A stretch of 35,146 nt of DNA from Priapulus caudatus (taxonomy: Eukaryota). Shown piece by piece: positions 1 through 12,156 of this stretch. The DNA lies in the NCBI RefSeq assembly GCF_000485595.1, contig NW_014577080.1, positions 106,225-141,370 on the forward strand, given 5' to 3'. The notes under the pieces are model-generated. The model did not search any database, was not told the origin of the DNA, and was given only the letters and a program-made list of their open reading frames with translations. A program made the position numbers and the translations under genes. The first letter of the stretch is position 1, and each line of letters starts with the position of its first letter.

Positions 1-1010
1 TGCGTGTGTGTGTGCGTGCGTGCGTGCTTGCGTGTGTGTGTGCGTGCGTGTGTGTGTGCGCGCTTGCGCATGCGTCCGGATTGTTACTCATGCATATATA
101 GGCGTGGGGGGGGGGGAGATTCCCCACAGGTCCCTTTTCTCAAACCTTCACATGACAGTGACGAATTATTTCTACCATATCGATATTGATATTACTCAGA
201 GTGATTATTTAAAACCAAGGTTCACGTTGAATGATCAGATAGACGGATGGACAAATGGACGGACAAACGAGCAATAGGCGGATCGACAGTCAGATGTACA
301 AAGAGCGACTGCTCAGGGTCCATATGCTGCGCTTATGGCACATGAAAAGCGCTCTACTGGGTATAATTGTGAGCTAACTGGTATAACTGTTAGATTATTG
401 CTGTTCCCTGCCGTACTGCTACACTCGCCTTGCCATCACGTGCGGCTTGCCTGACTGCGTACCGAGTCAGGGCGTCTCGGATTTGCGTCAGCTATATGAT
501 AGTTGTTTTTGGTGAATCACGACAAGAAAGCGGGAAAAGCATGCTGCGTGTCACCGGCGTTTCACAACGTCGGGGGGTGTTACGTGTCGTTAAGAAAGCT
601 TCGTGGTGTCAACAAAGATATCATAAGACCAGTCATCTACAGGTTACGTGAAAACCACGAGCATATCATACCTACGTTATCGAAAAATAAATGGAGCGAC
701 GTTTATCCGAACCATAAAGCTTGTGTTACAATTATTTAAGAACTCGGCGGGCGGAAAGTGAAAGCCAACACTGATATATAGTGATAAAATCCGCATGCTG
801 ATTTGTACAATTTCATAATAAACGTGCTGTTGCTTTCTCGGCCGTAGCATGGCTGAAAGCCTAAAAATCTAATGGAAGCGAATGCAGTCATGTATCGGTG
901 GTAAACTTTATTTTTGCAGTCACGTGTAACTGAAGAAGAACTAACAATCGTAAAGCTTTTTGATACGTACTAGCAGTTTATCACTGCAACCCAATTTGAT
1001 GTCATATCAT

Positions 1011-1055
1011 CAGGAGTGTATAATAGAGCCTCCTAGTGTATATTATAGACTCCCG
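1011..1055. mobile_element. Mini palindromic element CAGGAG...CTCC(C)G with 7-bp TSD
   Basis: atatcat|caggagtgtataata...tattatagactcccg|atatcat; 15-bp arms with 2 mismatches. Confidence 0.75.
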
Positions 1056-1233
1056 ATATCATATATGACTAGTTCTTCTGCCACGCTGTCTCCGTATTAC
1101 TCCATCCCACCTCTGTGTCGGCGACCGAACCAGATGTATACAACCTATGAGGTAGCCCTCGTACGTGGTCGTGACGGCGAGACAAACATCATCGAGCATT
1201 GATTATACGCGGAGTTTTGCATTTTCTCTTCAG

Positions 1234-1357
1234 ATCCGTTGTCAAAGCAGAGGAGAACTATTGGTGTCACTTTGTTACCAGCCGGCAGCAAACCGTTTGA
1301 CAGTGGTTGTGCTGAAGGCACGCAACCTGCCCAAGATGGACATGGCGGGGCTGTGTG
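1234..1357 (+). CDS. Syt4: Synaptotagmin-4/11-like, penultimate coding exon (start of C2B domain)
   Basis: Acceptor ttttctcttcag| at 1233. Translates [41 protein letters not shown]+G. Donor |gtgagc at 1358. The phase-1 junction G+AC gives the Asp of the conserved DPYVK motif in the next exon. Upstream exons lie outside the window. Confidence 0.93.
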
Positions 1358-2059
1358 GTGAGCAAGCAATCTATATTTCTAACGCTTGCACAATATACAT
1401 TTCAAACTATGTAGGCAACGATAACGCTCGATAAGTTCCAAACTAATATCTACATCGTAAAACTCAAGCATGTCGCTACAAGTGTTTCAGCGTTTAATTA
1501 AACACACTTCGACTACTACAACGTCGTCCATTTTCCCCAGTTGTATTAAAATTCAGAAGACTCGTGTAATAAAACTTTTACTTTTTTGTATATACGTAGA
1601 TTAGCAGCGCGCTCGCTATATTCTTTAGTCATTCATCATTAGCTGCAAGAGAATTCATTTCCATCAGGATTAACATTGCCGATATTCAGCGCTGCGCCGT
1701 CGGCTCGGCGATCAATTCCATGCCGAGCGTGTTGCCATGACAACCATTTACACATTTTACTCAATGAAAACGGGATTGCAGCGCGCGCGCGTAATATCGG
1801 GAGGCAATATTTAACGCTTGCGCAATATATCTATATGTATTAAACATCAATGAATATTAGGCGAGGCGAATGTTAAGTGTTTTTCGGTCTTAGAAAAGAT
1901 GCACCCGTGTTTGTATGGCATCCTTCTATACATGAATATCAATAGAGTGAATGCCTGGCCAGTTTCTGATCTTAATATTTTATCTTATCTTTAATATAGT
2001 AACTAGACATAGTACTTTACGCAAGATTCACTAAGTGTTAGAGTAGTGATATATGATAG

Positions 2060-2102
2060 CAGGAGTGAATAATAATAGGTTATCTATTATTATTCACTCC
2101 TG
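2060..2102. mobile_element. Mini palindromic element CAGGAG...CTCCTG with 7-bp TSD
   Basis: atgatag|caggagtgaataataatag gttat ctattattattcactcctg|atgatag; perfect 19-bp arms. Confidence 0.85.
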
Positions 2103-2679
2103 ATGATAGTATAACGACGAAGTTACACATTACAACGCGTAATAGTTGACGTTCTAATATTTTTGTGAGTAGAAGTAAATTTTATCGAATGCAGCAAGAT
2201 GGGACATTTATAATATTATGGGATTCACGAATGCCACATAGCGCCGTGCCATCAAACAATAAGCTAGTCGACTCTACATGGGGTAGTGCAGCGTACATGC
2301 GCATCGTAGAGTCAGTTCGTGCCTTTCTTTCACGCGTTCCCAATGTAATTATGTCTTTATTCACGTCATCCTTGCATCTTCACGCCATGGTGGTTTTGTC
2401 ATTGTATTCAGACGCATCTATCTATTCAGACGCATTACGGCTATGTATTTTGATTCATCCTGCCACGCTGTAGGCGTGTGTGCGCGCGCACGTGTTTGTG
2501 TTTGTGTTTGTGTGTGTGTGTGTTCGCGTTGTGGTGTGTGTGTGTGTGTGTGCTGTGGGTGTGTGTGCGTGAGTGTGTGTGCGCGCGCACGTGTGTGTAT
2601 GTGTCTGCGCGCGTGCTTGTGTGTGTGCCGTGCGCCGCGCGTTTGTGTGGCGCGTGCGTGTTGTGCGTGCGTGCGTGCT

Positions 2680-3558
2680 TGGCGTGTGCTATGTGCGTGC
2701 GTGCATGCGTGCGTGCGTGTGTGTTGCGCGCTTGCGCATGCTCGCATTGTTACCATGCCATATATAGGCGTGGGCGGGAGATTCTCCCACAGTTCCTTTT
2801 TCTCAAAACCTTCACATGGACAGTGACGAATTATTTTTACCATAGTCGCCAATGATATTACTCAGAGGATTATTTAAAACAAGGTTCACGCTTAATGATC
2901 AGATAGACGCATGCGACAAATGACGGACAAAACGAGCCAATAGGCGCATCAACAGTCAGGATGCTGCCAGAAGAGCGAATGCTCCGAGGCGTCCATACTG
3001 GCTGCGGTTCTATGGCACATGAAAGGCGCTACTACTGGGTATAATTGTGCAGCTAACGTGGTATAACTGTTAGATTTATGCTGTTCCATGCCGTACTGCC
3101 CTACACTCCGCCTGGCCATCACGTGCGGCTTGCCTGACTGCGTACCGAGGTCACGGCGTCTCGGATTTGCGTCAGCTTATGGATAGTTGTTTTATGTGAA
3201 TCACACAAGAAAGCGGGAAAAGCATGCGGCTGTCACCGGCCGTTCACAACGTCGGGCGTGTACGTGTCGCTAAGAAAGTTCGTGCGTGTCAACAAAGATA
3301 TCATAAGACCAGTCATCTACAGTTGTGAAAACCACGCAGCGATATCATACTACGTTATCGAAAAATAAATGCGACGACGTTTATCCGAACCATAAAGCTG
3401 TGTTACAATTATTAAGAATCGGCGCGGGCGGAAAAGTGAAAGCCAACACTGATATATAGAGATAAAAGTCCGCATGCTGATTTGTACAATTTCATAATAA
3501 ACGCTGCCTGTTCTTTCTCGGCCGTAGCATGCCCGCTGAAAAGCTAAAAATCTCAATA
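2680..3558 (+). repeat. Noisy direct copy of positions ~1-873 (probable assembly artefact)
   Basis: Colinear match with scattered 1-2 nt indels; ends at an N gap; preceded by a (GT/GC)n tract 2476-2730. Confidence 0.85.
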
Positions 3559-4282
3559 NNNNNNNNNNNNNNNNNNNNNNNNNNNNNNNNNNNNNNNNNN
3601 NNNNNNNNNNNNNNNNNNNNNNNNNNNNNNNNNNNNNNNNNNNNNNNNNNNNNNNNNNNNNNNNNNNNNNNNNNNNNNNNNNNNNNNNNNNNNNNNNNNN
3701 NNNNNNNNNNNNNNNNNNNNNNNNNNNNNNNNNNNNNNNNNNNNNNNNNNNNNNNNNNNNNNNNNNNNNNNNNNNNNNNNNNNNNNNNNNNNNNNNNNNN
3801 NNNNNNNNNNNNNNNNNNNNNNNNNNNNNNNNNNNNNNNNNNNNNNNNNNNNNNNNNNNNNNNNNNNNNNNNNNNNNNNNNNNNNNNNNNNNNNNNNNNN
3901 NNNNNNNNNNNNNNNNNNNNNNNNNNNNNNNNNNNNNNNNNNNNNNNNNNNNNNNNNNNNNNNNNNNNNNNNNNNNNNNNNNNNNNNNNNNNNNNNNNNN
4001 NNNNNNNNNNNNNNNNNNNNNNNNNNNNNNNNNNNNNNNNNNNNNNNNNNNNNNNNNNNNNNNNNNNNNNNNNNNNNNNNNNNNNNNNNNNNNNNNNNNN
4101 NNNNNNNNNNNNNNNNNNNNNNNNNNNNNNNNNNNNNNNNNNNNNNNNNNNNNNNNNNNNNNNNNNNNNNNNNNNNNNNNNNNNNNNNNNNNNNNNNNNN
4201 NNNNNNNNNNNNNNNNNNNNNNNNNNNNNNNNNNNNNNNNNNNNNNNNNNNNNNNNNNNNNNNNNNNNNNNNNNNNNNNNNN

Positions 4283-4333
<51 letters not shown>

Positions 4334-4421
4334 GCTGTCTATCTATCTGCCTGCCTGTCTGCCTGCCTGTCTGCCTGCCTGTCTGCCTGCCTGTCTGCCT
4401 GCCTGTCTGCCTGCCTGCCTG
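4283..4421. repeat. Compound microsatellite (CTAT)n then (CTGCCTGCCTGT)n
   Basis: Directly visible next to the gap. Confidence 0.95.
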
Positions 4422-4702
4422 AATGTCAAAGCTATACACAAATATTGGTACATGTACGCAAGATATAGAAGCTCTACCACCAGGTGACGCCACGTTGCAC
4501 AAGTGATCGCTGTCAACGCACTCGCAATACAAAATTCGCCATAACTACATGGACATGCATGGCAAATTTCATACTTGTTTCGTGTTTCGTAATTACATAC
4601 GCGTACGAGAAGTATGACCAACGAAGCTGAGTGACTAAAACGATCGCGCGGGCCTCTCTCCCTCGATCGACGAGTGAAATGGCGTCTCCTCCTCCTTTGC
4701 AG

Positions 4703-5007
4703 ACCCGTACGTGAAGATCTACCTTCTCTACAACGGCCAGCGCATCGCCAAGAAGAAGACGCACGTGAAGAAGCGCACGCTGAACCCCGTGTTCAACGAG
4801 TCGTTCCTCTTCGACGTTCCGAACGAAGGCCTGGAGAACCTCAGTCTGGAGATGCTTGTACTCGACTGGGACCGAGTCACCACCAACGAGGTCATCGGCC
4901 GTCTAGAGGTTGGCGCCAAGTCAACCGGCAACGCCCTGCGACACTGGAACGAGGTCTGCAACTCGCCGCGCAGGCAGATTGCCGAGTGGCACAGACTGAA
5001 GGACTAG
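4703..5007 (+). CDS. Syt4: Synaptotagmin-4/11-like, final coding exon (rest of C2B, stop)
   Basis: Acceptor cctcctcctttgcag| at 4702. Translates (D)[34 protein letters not shown]...[15 protein letters not shown]...[21 protein letters not shown]. Has the polybasic stretch and C-terminal WHxL motif, and closely resembles invertebrate Syt4 as I recall it. Confidence 0.95.
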
Positions 5008-6242
5008 GAGCAGCTTGTAGGGGGACCCCGCTCTGGTTTTGTAGAACCAGCAGAATCAATAGAGTTATATAGGCTTCACTCCGGTGGGAACATGTAAGAT
5101 GTAACAACGTCTCATGTCTTGCGCGTCCCAGTCGTTATGCATTCAATCGCTAATTAGTTCTAACCACTGAATTCGGCCTTTCCAATGTAGGACGACTCTT
5201 TAATCATACCACCTATGAAATACACATTTGTGTTTATTGTAATTAGGCAGAACTGGCAAGGGGTCTATAGTCAGGTAAAAAAAAAGAGTCATGGCATAAT
5301 AGGAACGCCTGGCGGGTTAAAATAGGCAGTTGTACACTGTTTAATATGATCATATTACTAGAAACCGTCAACATTAAGGCAACGTCTACCACTTAATAGT
5401 GCACTCTGCCAGTATAATGCATTTGTCTCTAAATGTCATTGCAATGCATCTTCACTCAGTGGAAATGAACGTCCTCCTCCTACTACTACTCGTGCTCTAA
5501 TACATTTATTAAAACAAATTAATAATTGCAAAACCCAGAATACACGCAGCGCACACACGTGAGCGCCACAGACACGCGCCGTGTAGGGGAAAGCAGGCAG
5601 ACGTGGTATTGACAACACGCATGCGCAGTATCGACATTACGCTTGAGGGCGGGGCGTAAAACGCGTGTGCGGTATTCAGTATACACAAACAACGTGGCAG
5701 ATGTTGTTACCTCAGGGCCGTAGCATGCTTGCTGGTGGGGTGGGGTTGGTGCAAGGAGGCACTTATTCTCCAAACAAATATGAATAACATTACATATAAT
5801 CAATGGCCACTGGTCGACTGCCCGAAACACAAACCGCGTGGCTTCAAGTGCGTGGTTCCACCCCTCCCAGGCAAAATGAGTTAGCCACGCCCCGGTATCT
5901 AATATAAGATGCCAAGAAATAACGTACCACGCGTGTATTAAAGTCGCCCACACGTGTAAAACGACGCAAATGAACCGGTACATGCGTCTGTACTGAGCTC
6001 AGAATGGTAACAATCTGCTAGCGAACACGCCATATAGCTATACTCGCAGGGAGCAACAGTATTTTGTGTTTCAGTATTAGTATATACGTGGCAACATAGA
6101 CACGCATTGTTGTTTGTGCGATGTTTAAGCGATGTAATTAAATCAAATATTCTGCTCTGTTGGTTATCTAACCTCGGGCTCATAGTATAAAGCTCACTCA
6201 CGATGGTCGTGTATATCGGTGATGTCGTAGTACGGGTGTAAC

Positions 6243-6341
6243 CAGGAGTAAGATATTATAGATTAGATCTAATCTATATTATCAGGAGCGTATAATGACA
6301 AATATTTGTCATTATACGCTCCTGATATTATCTTACTCCTG
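6243..6341. mobile_element. Two nested mini palindromic elements
   Basis: Inner 6283-6324 is a perfect 42-bp palindrome flanked by atattat/atattat. Removing it and one TSD leaves a 50-bp palindrome with 1 mismatch, flanked by gtgtaac/gtttaac. Confidence 0.85.
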
Positions 6342-6516
6342 GTTTAACTAGTAACCTTAGCAAAACAGGCACTATACTACGCAATATGCCCATGTAGATT
6401 CCTGCCGAAGCAGAAGTTTGATATCAACCAGAACGTAACGAATAAGACCATGTGGTGGTCGTGCTGGTTCTAGTCATTGCTGGTAAGTTTCTCCAGGACA
6501 TCTCCTAACGCTGATA

Positions 6517-6765
6517 GGGTCTATGTCCCCCAAGGTACTGCCGGAACGTACCCTGGTACTAAATACTACTATCTAATATGCCGGACCGTACCTCGCCTAC
6601 TCCACTAACGAGTCTAGGGAGTCGCCTACGCCTACTCCCTAACCCTAACCCTAACCCTAACTCTAACCCTAACCCTAACCATATTAGATAGTTACCAGGG
6701 TACGTTCCAGTATACAGGACCGTACCCAGGGTACGTTCCGGCAGTACCCTGGGGGACATAGACGC
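6517..6765. mobile_element. MITE (~250 bp) with ~44-bp TIRs, TA flanks and internal (CCCTAA)n
   Basis: Left gggtctatgtcccccaaggtactgccggaacgtaccctggtac is the near reverse complement of right gtacccagggtacgttccggcagtaccctgggggacatagacgc. TA on both sides. Hexamer repeat at 6637-6680. Confidence 0.85.
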
Positions 6766-7925
6766 TATGAGCTCTACTAACCTGTTAGGGCGATATGATT
6801 ACGTTTAAAGGTACTCCAGGAGGTACGAAAGACATCACTTTGTGAATGATATAGGAAGCACGTAGATTGAATATCCTAAATTCCTGCTATAGGAACGTAG
6901 AGCGGCGGTATTTAGCTGAAATCTGTCACCACATTTCATCGGTGCGTACACGTGATGTGTTAGTGTCGTGATGTCCCGGTGTTGTGCGCGTGTAACCAGC
7001 TTCCCATTGACACCGAAACCCCCCCCCCAGATTTAGCAGAAATGCGTTTCGGTTTACGAACACAAAACTTATCATGGCATCACTAATTTCGTACGTTGCA
7101 TAGTTCACGTATTAATTATAACGTCAATAATATTTCGAGATATTTCGAAAGCAAGCGTAGTTAACGCTCAAGATCATGCCGAGGTCATGAATGCGTACAA
7201 ACAATGTCTATAACGAACACTTCTCTGATTAGAGTAGATTAGATTAGATTAGAATAGATTAGATTAGTTGAAGAGTGTAGAAGCAGGTTTCAGCCAAACT
7301 CCGCTTTAAATAAAGAACGGGAGGTCAAGTACGAATAGATGCGTATACGTCTAATCCTGAACGTGTTCCTGTATGGCACCGTGTTGAATGTAAACGAGCT
7401 ACATAGGAGTAATGTCTACTATATCGTATATACCCGTTGACCATCCGCACGAGAATTCATCCTAAAGGTCAACATTGTGTTAGCACACTCCCTGCACAGG
7501 CTGATATATTCTATTATAGATCCGATGATAAGGTTGTTCCAGACAGAACTTTCCTTATTTGAACAGCAGAGAACATCGCACCCTAAAAATACTCCCCTCG
7601 CCACCATCATCGCCACTTAAACACATCACTCAATATATATCCATAACACGTATGCTCGGAAAGTCATGCGTAGACGACTTTACAGCGCAGATGTGTGCGA
7701 TAATGCACCGCGGTCTATTTGCGTAAAATGAGGCATAGACCTGGGAAATGGCGGTGGAAGTGACTCGTATAGTGAGCGAATCGAGTGAAAGAGAGAGAGA
7801 GAAAGTCTGCTTGTTCTGTAAATATGCCAATATAGGAACCTTGCGCGTGTAATGGGCGTCGCAAATATTCCAGTAAAGATTCTAGAATTCTTTGAGCGAG
7901 TTGTGTAATAACGATTAAAAAAAAA

Positions 7926-10010
7926 TGATAGAATGTTATCATAGAAATCCATGCTAGAATAACACCTCTTTATTTTAAATGCATAATCTTTGCAAAATGT
8001 GATTTTTCTCAAGAGATATTGCGCATGCGCGAGCAAAGTTTCAGACGTACAGTTCGGACTAAAAAAACTGTATAAGGTAGCTTGCTATAGGAGAGAGGGG
8101 CAAGAGACCGAGGAAAGGCGGCAGGGAAGATAGCTGAGGAGGGGTAGAATAAGAATTAGTCTGAGCGATGGACAGGGGAGAGAAGGGAAAGTACGGGAGG
8201 GGGTGAAGTAGAAGTTTTGCACCTTACAGGATAGGGCGCTCTCCTAATCATAAACACAGGCGTACTGATAACAATTAATTTTAAAAATCTATGCTGAGAT
8301 ACCCCCTAACCATATTAAATGCATATTTATCAAAAAATATAGCTCCGTTGGTAAGATATTATACATGCGTCAACACACTAACGTACACAGATTATGTACT
8401 GACTGGCATATGCAGAGGGCACCTTACATTAAAGGTCTTCTTCCTATGTCTTAAGTGATGTCTACTGATACAATGTTATCATATAAATCCATGCTGGGAT
8501 AACACCTCTACATTTTAAATGCATAATCTTTGCAAAATTTGATTTTTCTCGGGAGTCATTGCGCATGCGTGAACACCGTTTCAAATACAGTTCGAACTAA
8601 AGAAAACTGCATAATATAGCTTGCTATGGGAGAGAGGGGTAAGAGACCGAGAAAAGGCGACAGGGAAGATAGCTGAGAAGGGGTAGAAGAAGAATTAGGC
8701 TGAGCGATGGACAGGGGAGCCAAGGGGAAGTACGGGAGGGGGTGAAGCAGCCGTTTTGCACCCTAACGGATAGGGCGCTCTCCTAATCATAAACACAGGC
8801 GTACTGATAACAATTAATTACAAAAATCTATGCTGAGATAACCCCTAACCATATTAAATGCATATTTATAAAATAATATAGCTCAGGTGGTAAGATATTG
8901 TACATGCGTCAACACATTAACGTACACAGATTATGTACTGACTGGCATATGCAGAAGGCACCTTACATTAAAGGGCTTCTTCCTATGTATTAAGTGATGT
9001 CTACTGATAGAATGTTATCATATAAATCCATGCTGCGATAACACCTCTACATTTTAAAGACATAATCTTTGCAAAATTTGATTTTTCTCGGGAGTCATTG
9101 CGCATGCGCGAACACCGTTTCAAATACAATTCGGACTAAAAAAACTGCATAATATAGCTTGCTATGGGAGAGAGGGGTAAGAGACCGAGGAAAGGCGACA
9201 GGGAAGATAGCTAAAAAGGGGTAGAAGAAGAATTAGGCTGAGCGATGGACAGGGGAGCCAAGGGGAAGTACGGGAGGGGGTGAAGCAGCCGTTTTGCGCC
9301 CTAACGGATAGGGCGCTCCCCTAATCATAAACACAGGCGTACTGATAACAATTAATTACAAAAATCTATGCTGAGATACCCCCTAACCATATTAAATGCA
9401 TATTTATCAAAAAATATAGCTCAGGTGGTAAGATATTGTACATGCATCAACACACTAACGTACACAGATTATGGACTTACTGGCATATGCAGAAGGCACC
9501 TTACATAAAAGGTCTTCTTCCTATGTCTTAAGTGATGTCTATTGATAGAATGTTATCATATAAATCCATGCTGGGATAACACCTCTACATTTTAAATGCA
9601 TAATCTTTGCAAATTTGATTTTTCTCGGGAGTCATTGCGCATGCGCGAACACCGTTTCAAATACAATTCGGACTAAAAAAAACTGCATAATATAGCTTGC
9701 TATGGGAGAGAAAGGTAAGAGACCAAGGAAAGGCGTCAGGAAAGATAGCTGAGGAGGAGTAGAAGAAGAATTAGGCTGAGCGATGGACAGGGGAGCCAAG
9801 GGAAAGTACGGGAGGGGGTGAATCAGCCGTTTTGCACCCTAACGGATAGGGCGCTCTCCTAATCATAAACACAGGCGTACTGATAACAATTAATTTAAAA
9901 AATCTATGCTGAGATACCCCCTAACCATATTAAATGCATATTTATCAAAAAATATAGCTCCGTTGGTAAGATATTGTACATGCGTCAACACACTAACGTA
10001 CACAGATTAT
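7926..10010. repeat. ~540-bp satellite array, ~3.9 monomers
   Basis: Anchor gata(g/c)aatgttatcata recurs at 7927, 8467, 9006, 9544. Confidence 0.97.
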
Positions 10011-11912
10011 GAGTGTGTGTGTGTGCGTGCGTGTGTGTGCGGGCATGCGTGCGCGAGTGTTAGTGTGTGCGACAGTCGACAGATAGTGAGTATGAACTTG
10101 TCATCCCCAACCTCGCGGGTGTGCGTGCGTGCGTGCGTGCGTGCGCGCGTGTGTGCGTGCGCGCGTGCGCGTGCCTTGTATTCACGTATTCCATAGAGTT
10201 GTCGGTAACGTCAACGAAGCTATATTTAGACAACTGTATAGATTAGTGCATCTTCCAACTATATTATCAGAATTGCGTAATAGCGAAGTGTTCGACAAGT
10301 GAATATAATTCTTATTGCGCTCTACTGATATTGTCCCAGCAGACAAATCGTAACACTGAACAAAGCCATCTGGTTGCAGCTCTTTCTTTGTGTATACTGT
10401 TCGCCGCGTAAAACCCAAATTCATACTCACTGAAAGTGTCGAGTAATGTGTTTAATGTGCATAAAATTCTCAAGACTTAATTTCCGCAAGTTAGATTAAT
10501 GTGTGTGGCGACAATGCTGACCACTGCTGCATCTGGGAAAATGTAATAGCAAGAGTGGGGCCGTCGTAGAAGCACGATTTCACAAAGACATCTCTGATTG
10601 TATTACGCGGTCACCTAGCGGTGGTAGGAAAATATTAATTTAGTTGATTTTAGTCTTGGAACGCAATTTCAGCTTTTTTGCAAGCGTTTCCGTGAAGATT
10701 GTTACTAATGATACCCATGTTATTGTTACTATTCTTACTGACTATTTCCTTACGCTGTTACTTGGTTATTTCCTCATATCATTCGCATGGACGTGTGGCG
10801 GCAAGTCGATCATTTACGAGAACACTGGTAAATGTACGACGCTGATCAGTTTGAGGCAGTTCGCGACTTAGCAGGGTTGTTGGGATACCGTCAATGATGT
10901 TATTCGTATAGCTGGCCGCGCTGCAAATATGCTCCAAATCATCACCGAACTATTAATGACCTAAATTCGGTTACAGGTACACATAACCACGCTGGAAAAA
11001 AATACATAAGGAAAGAGCTCCCATCTGTTGTTGTAACAAATACATATATAATTGATGTACAGTAATTATTATTATATAAACTGTATATATGGAAAACATT
11101 GTAATCAGTCGTTGTCAACTGTTGTACAAAGGAAAGCGAACAAAATAATGGTGTTCTAAATCTGATAACGGCGCTAATAGAACCGAATGTTAAGGTAACT
11201 CATATAAAAGATATAGATACTATTACGGAATTGTTAAAAAAATATGAGATTAAAAGACGTTGCAGCATGCGTGTGTATAGTGTATGAAAACGAAATCAAA
11301 CAACTACTTAATTCCATATATAAGAACGAGCTGCACAATGGAAGGCGTCGGCATTGACTCGTATAGCACGTATTATATGTGAGATCATCAATGTAGTTAT
11401 TACGTCCGATCAAAATGGGTGATATATAGTTCCCTTGGAATGCTCTAGCGGATGGGCCTAAATGTAAAACGCTACAATGGTAGGCGAGTTGTTTCACTGT
11501 AGATTACTAATTAAATACGTACGCAAACATAAATCTACTTACGAACAAATTTCTTTTTTCGGAAAGACGGTTGTGACACTCAAACCGATTGCAAATTGAA
11601 AGCGATGGAGGTTATTGTCAGTGAACATGAATATAGTTTGCAACACGAAACTCATAACGAACAATGTTAATGAACGTCATCGAATGAGGAAATAACGAGT
11701 AAAAGCGACGATGTCACACGTTAGTATCGCCTGCTTGTTTTCATTGTGTTGTTCATTTTCTAAATTTTCCTAACTACGCACGGCAGCTGATTGCAATATG
11801 ATGCCACGGCAACGACTTGTGAAGGCATTTTACGCGCTGATACATGTGATCCGATAGATGGCGCTATGACCGGTGGCCGTTTAGCGCGGCCAGTTTCTAC
11901 CATAGATATCAT

Positions 11913-11956
11913 CAGGAGTAGATAATAGAAGAGAAATTTTCTATTATCTACTCCTG
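11913..11956. mobile_element. Mini palindromic element CAGGAG...CTCCTG with 7-bp TSD
   Basis: atatcat|caggagtagataatagaa gagaaatt ttctattatctactcctg|atatcat; perfect 18-bp arms. Confidence 0.85.
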
Positions 11957-12156
11957 ATATCATGTATACACTAGTATGGTATCTAGTGTTACTACTAGGG
12001 CGATATCATTTCACTGCATGACTTACCTATCCACATGAGACGTTTCTGCTGTCATATATTTCACCACGGTCATCGAAAAGTATCTTGAGCACCTATCGCA
12101 AAAAATTCTACGTACTTACATCATGGTAAAAATGCTCGATTATCACGATACAGACA

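Noticed and set aside
4..2855. Cys/Val- and His/Thr-rich ORFs (also at 21507-21814 and 30035-30387)
   Set aside because: These are translations of (GT)/(CA) microsatellites.
4861..4892. Glu at the fifth Ca2+-ligand position of C2B ([10 protein letters not shown]) as a novelty
   Set aside because: This is the usual state in the Syt4/11 subfamily.
6637..6680. True telomere or chromosome fusion site
   Set aside because: Only ~7 units, one orientation, enclosed by MITE TIRs.
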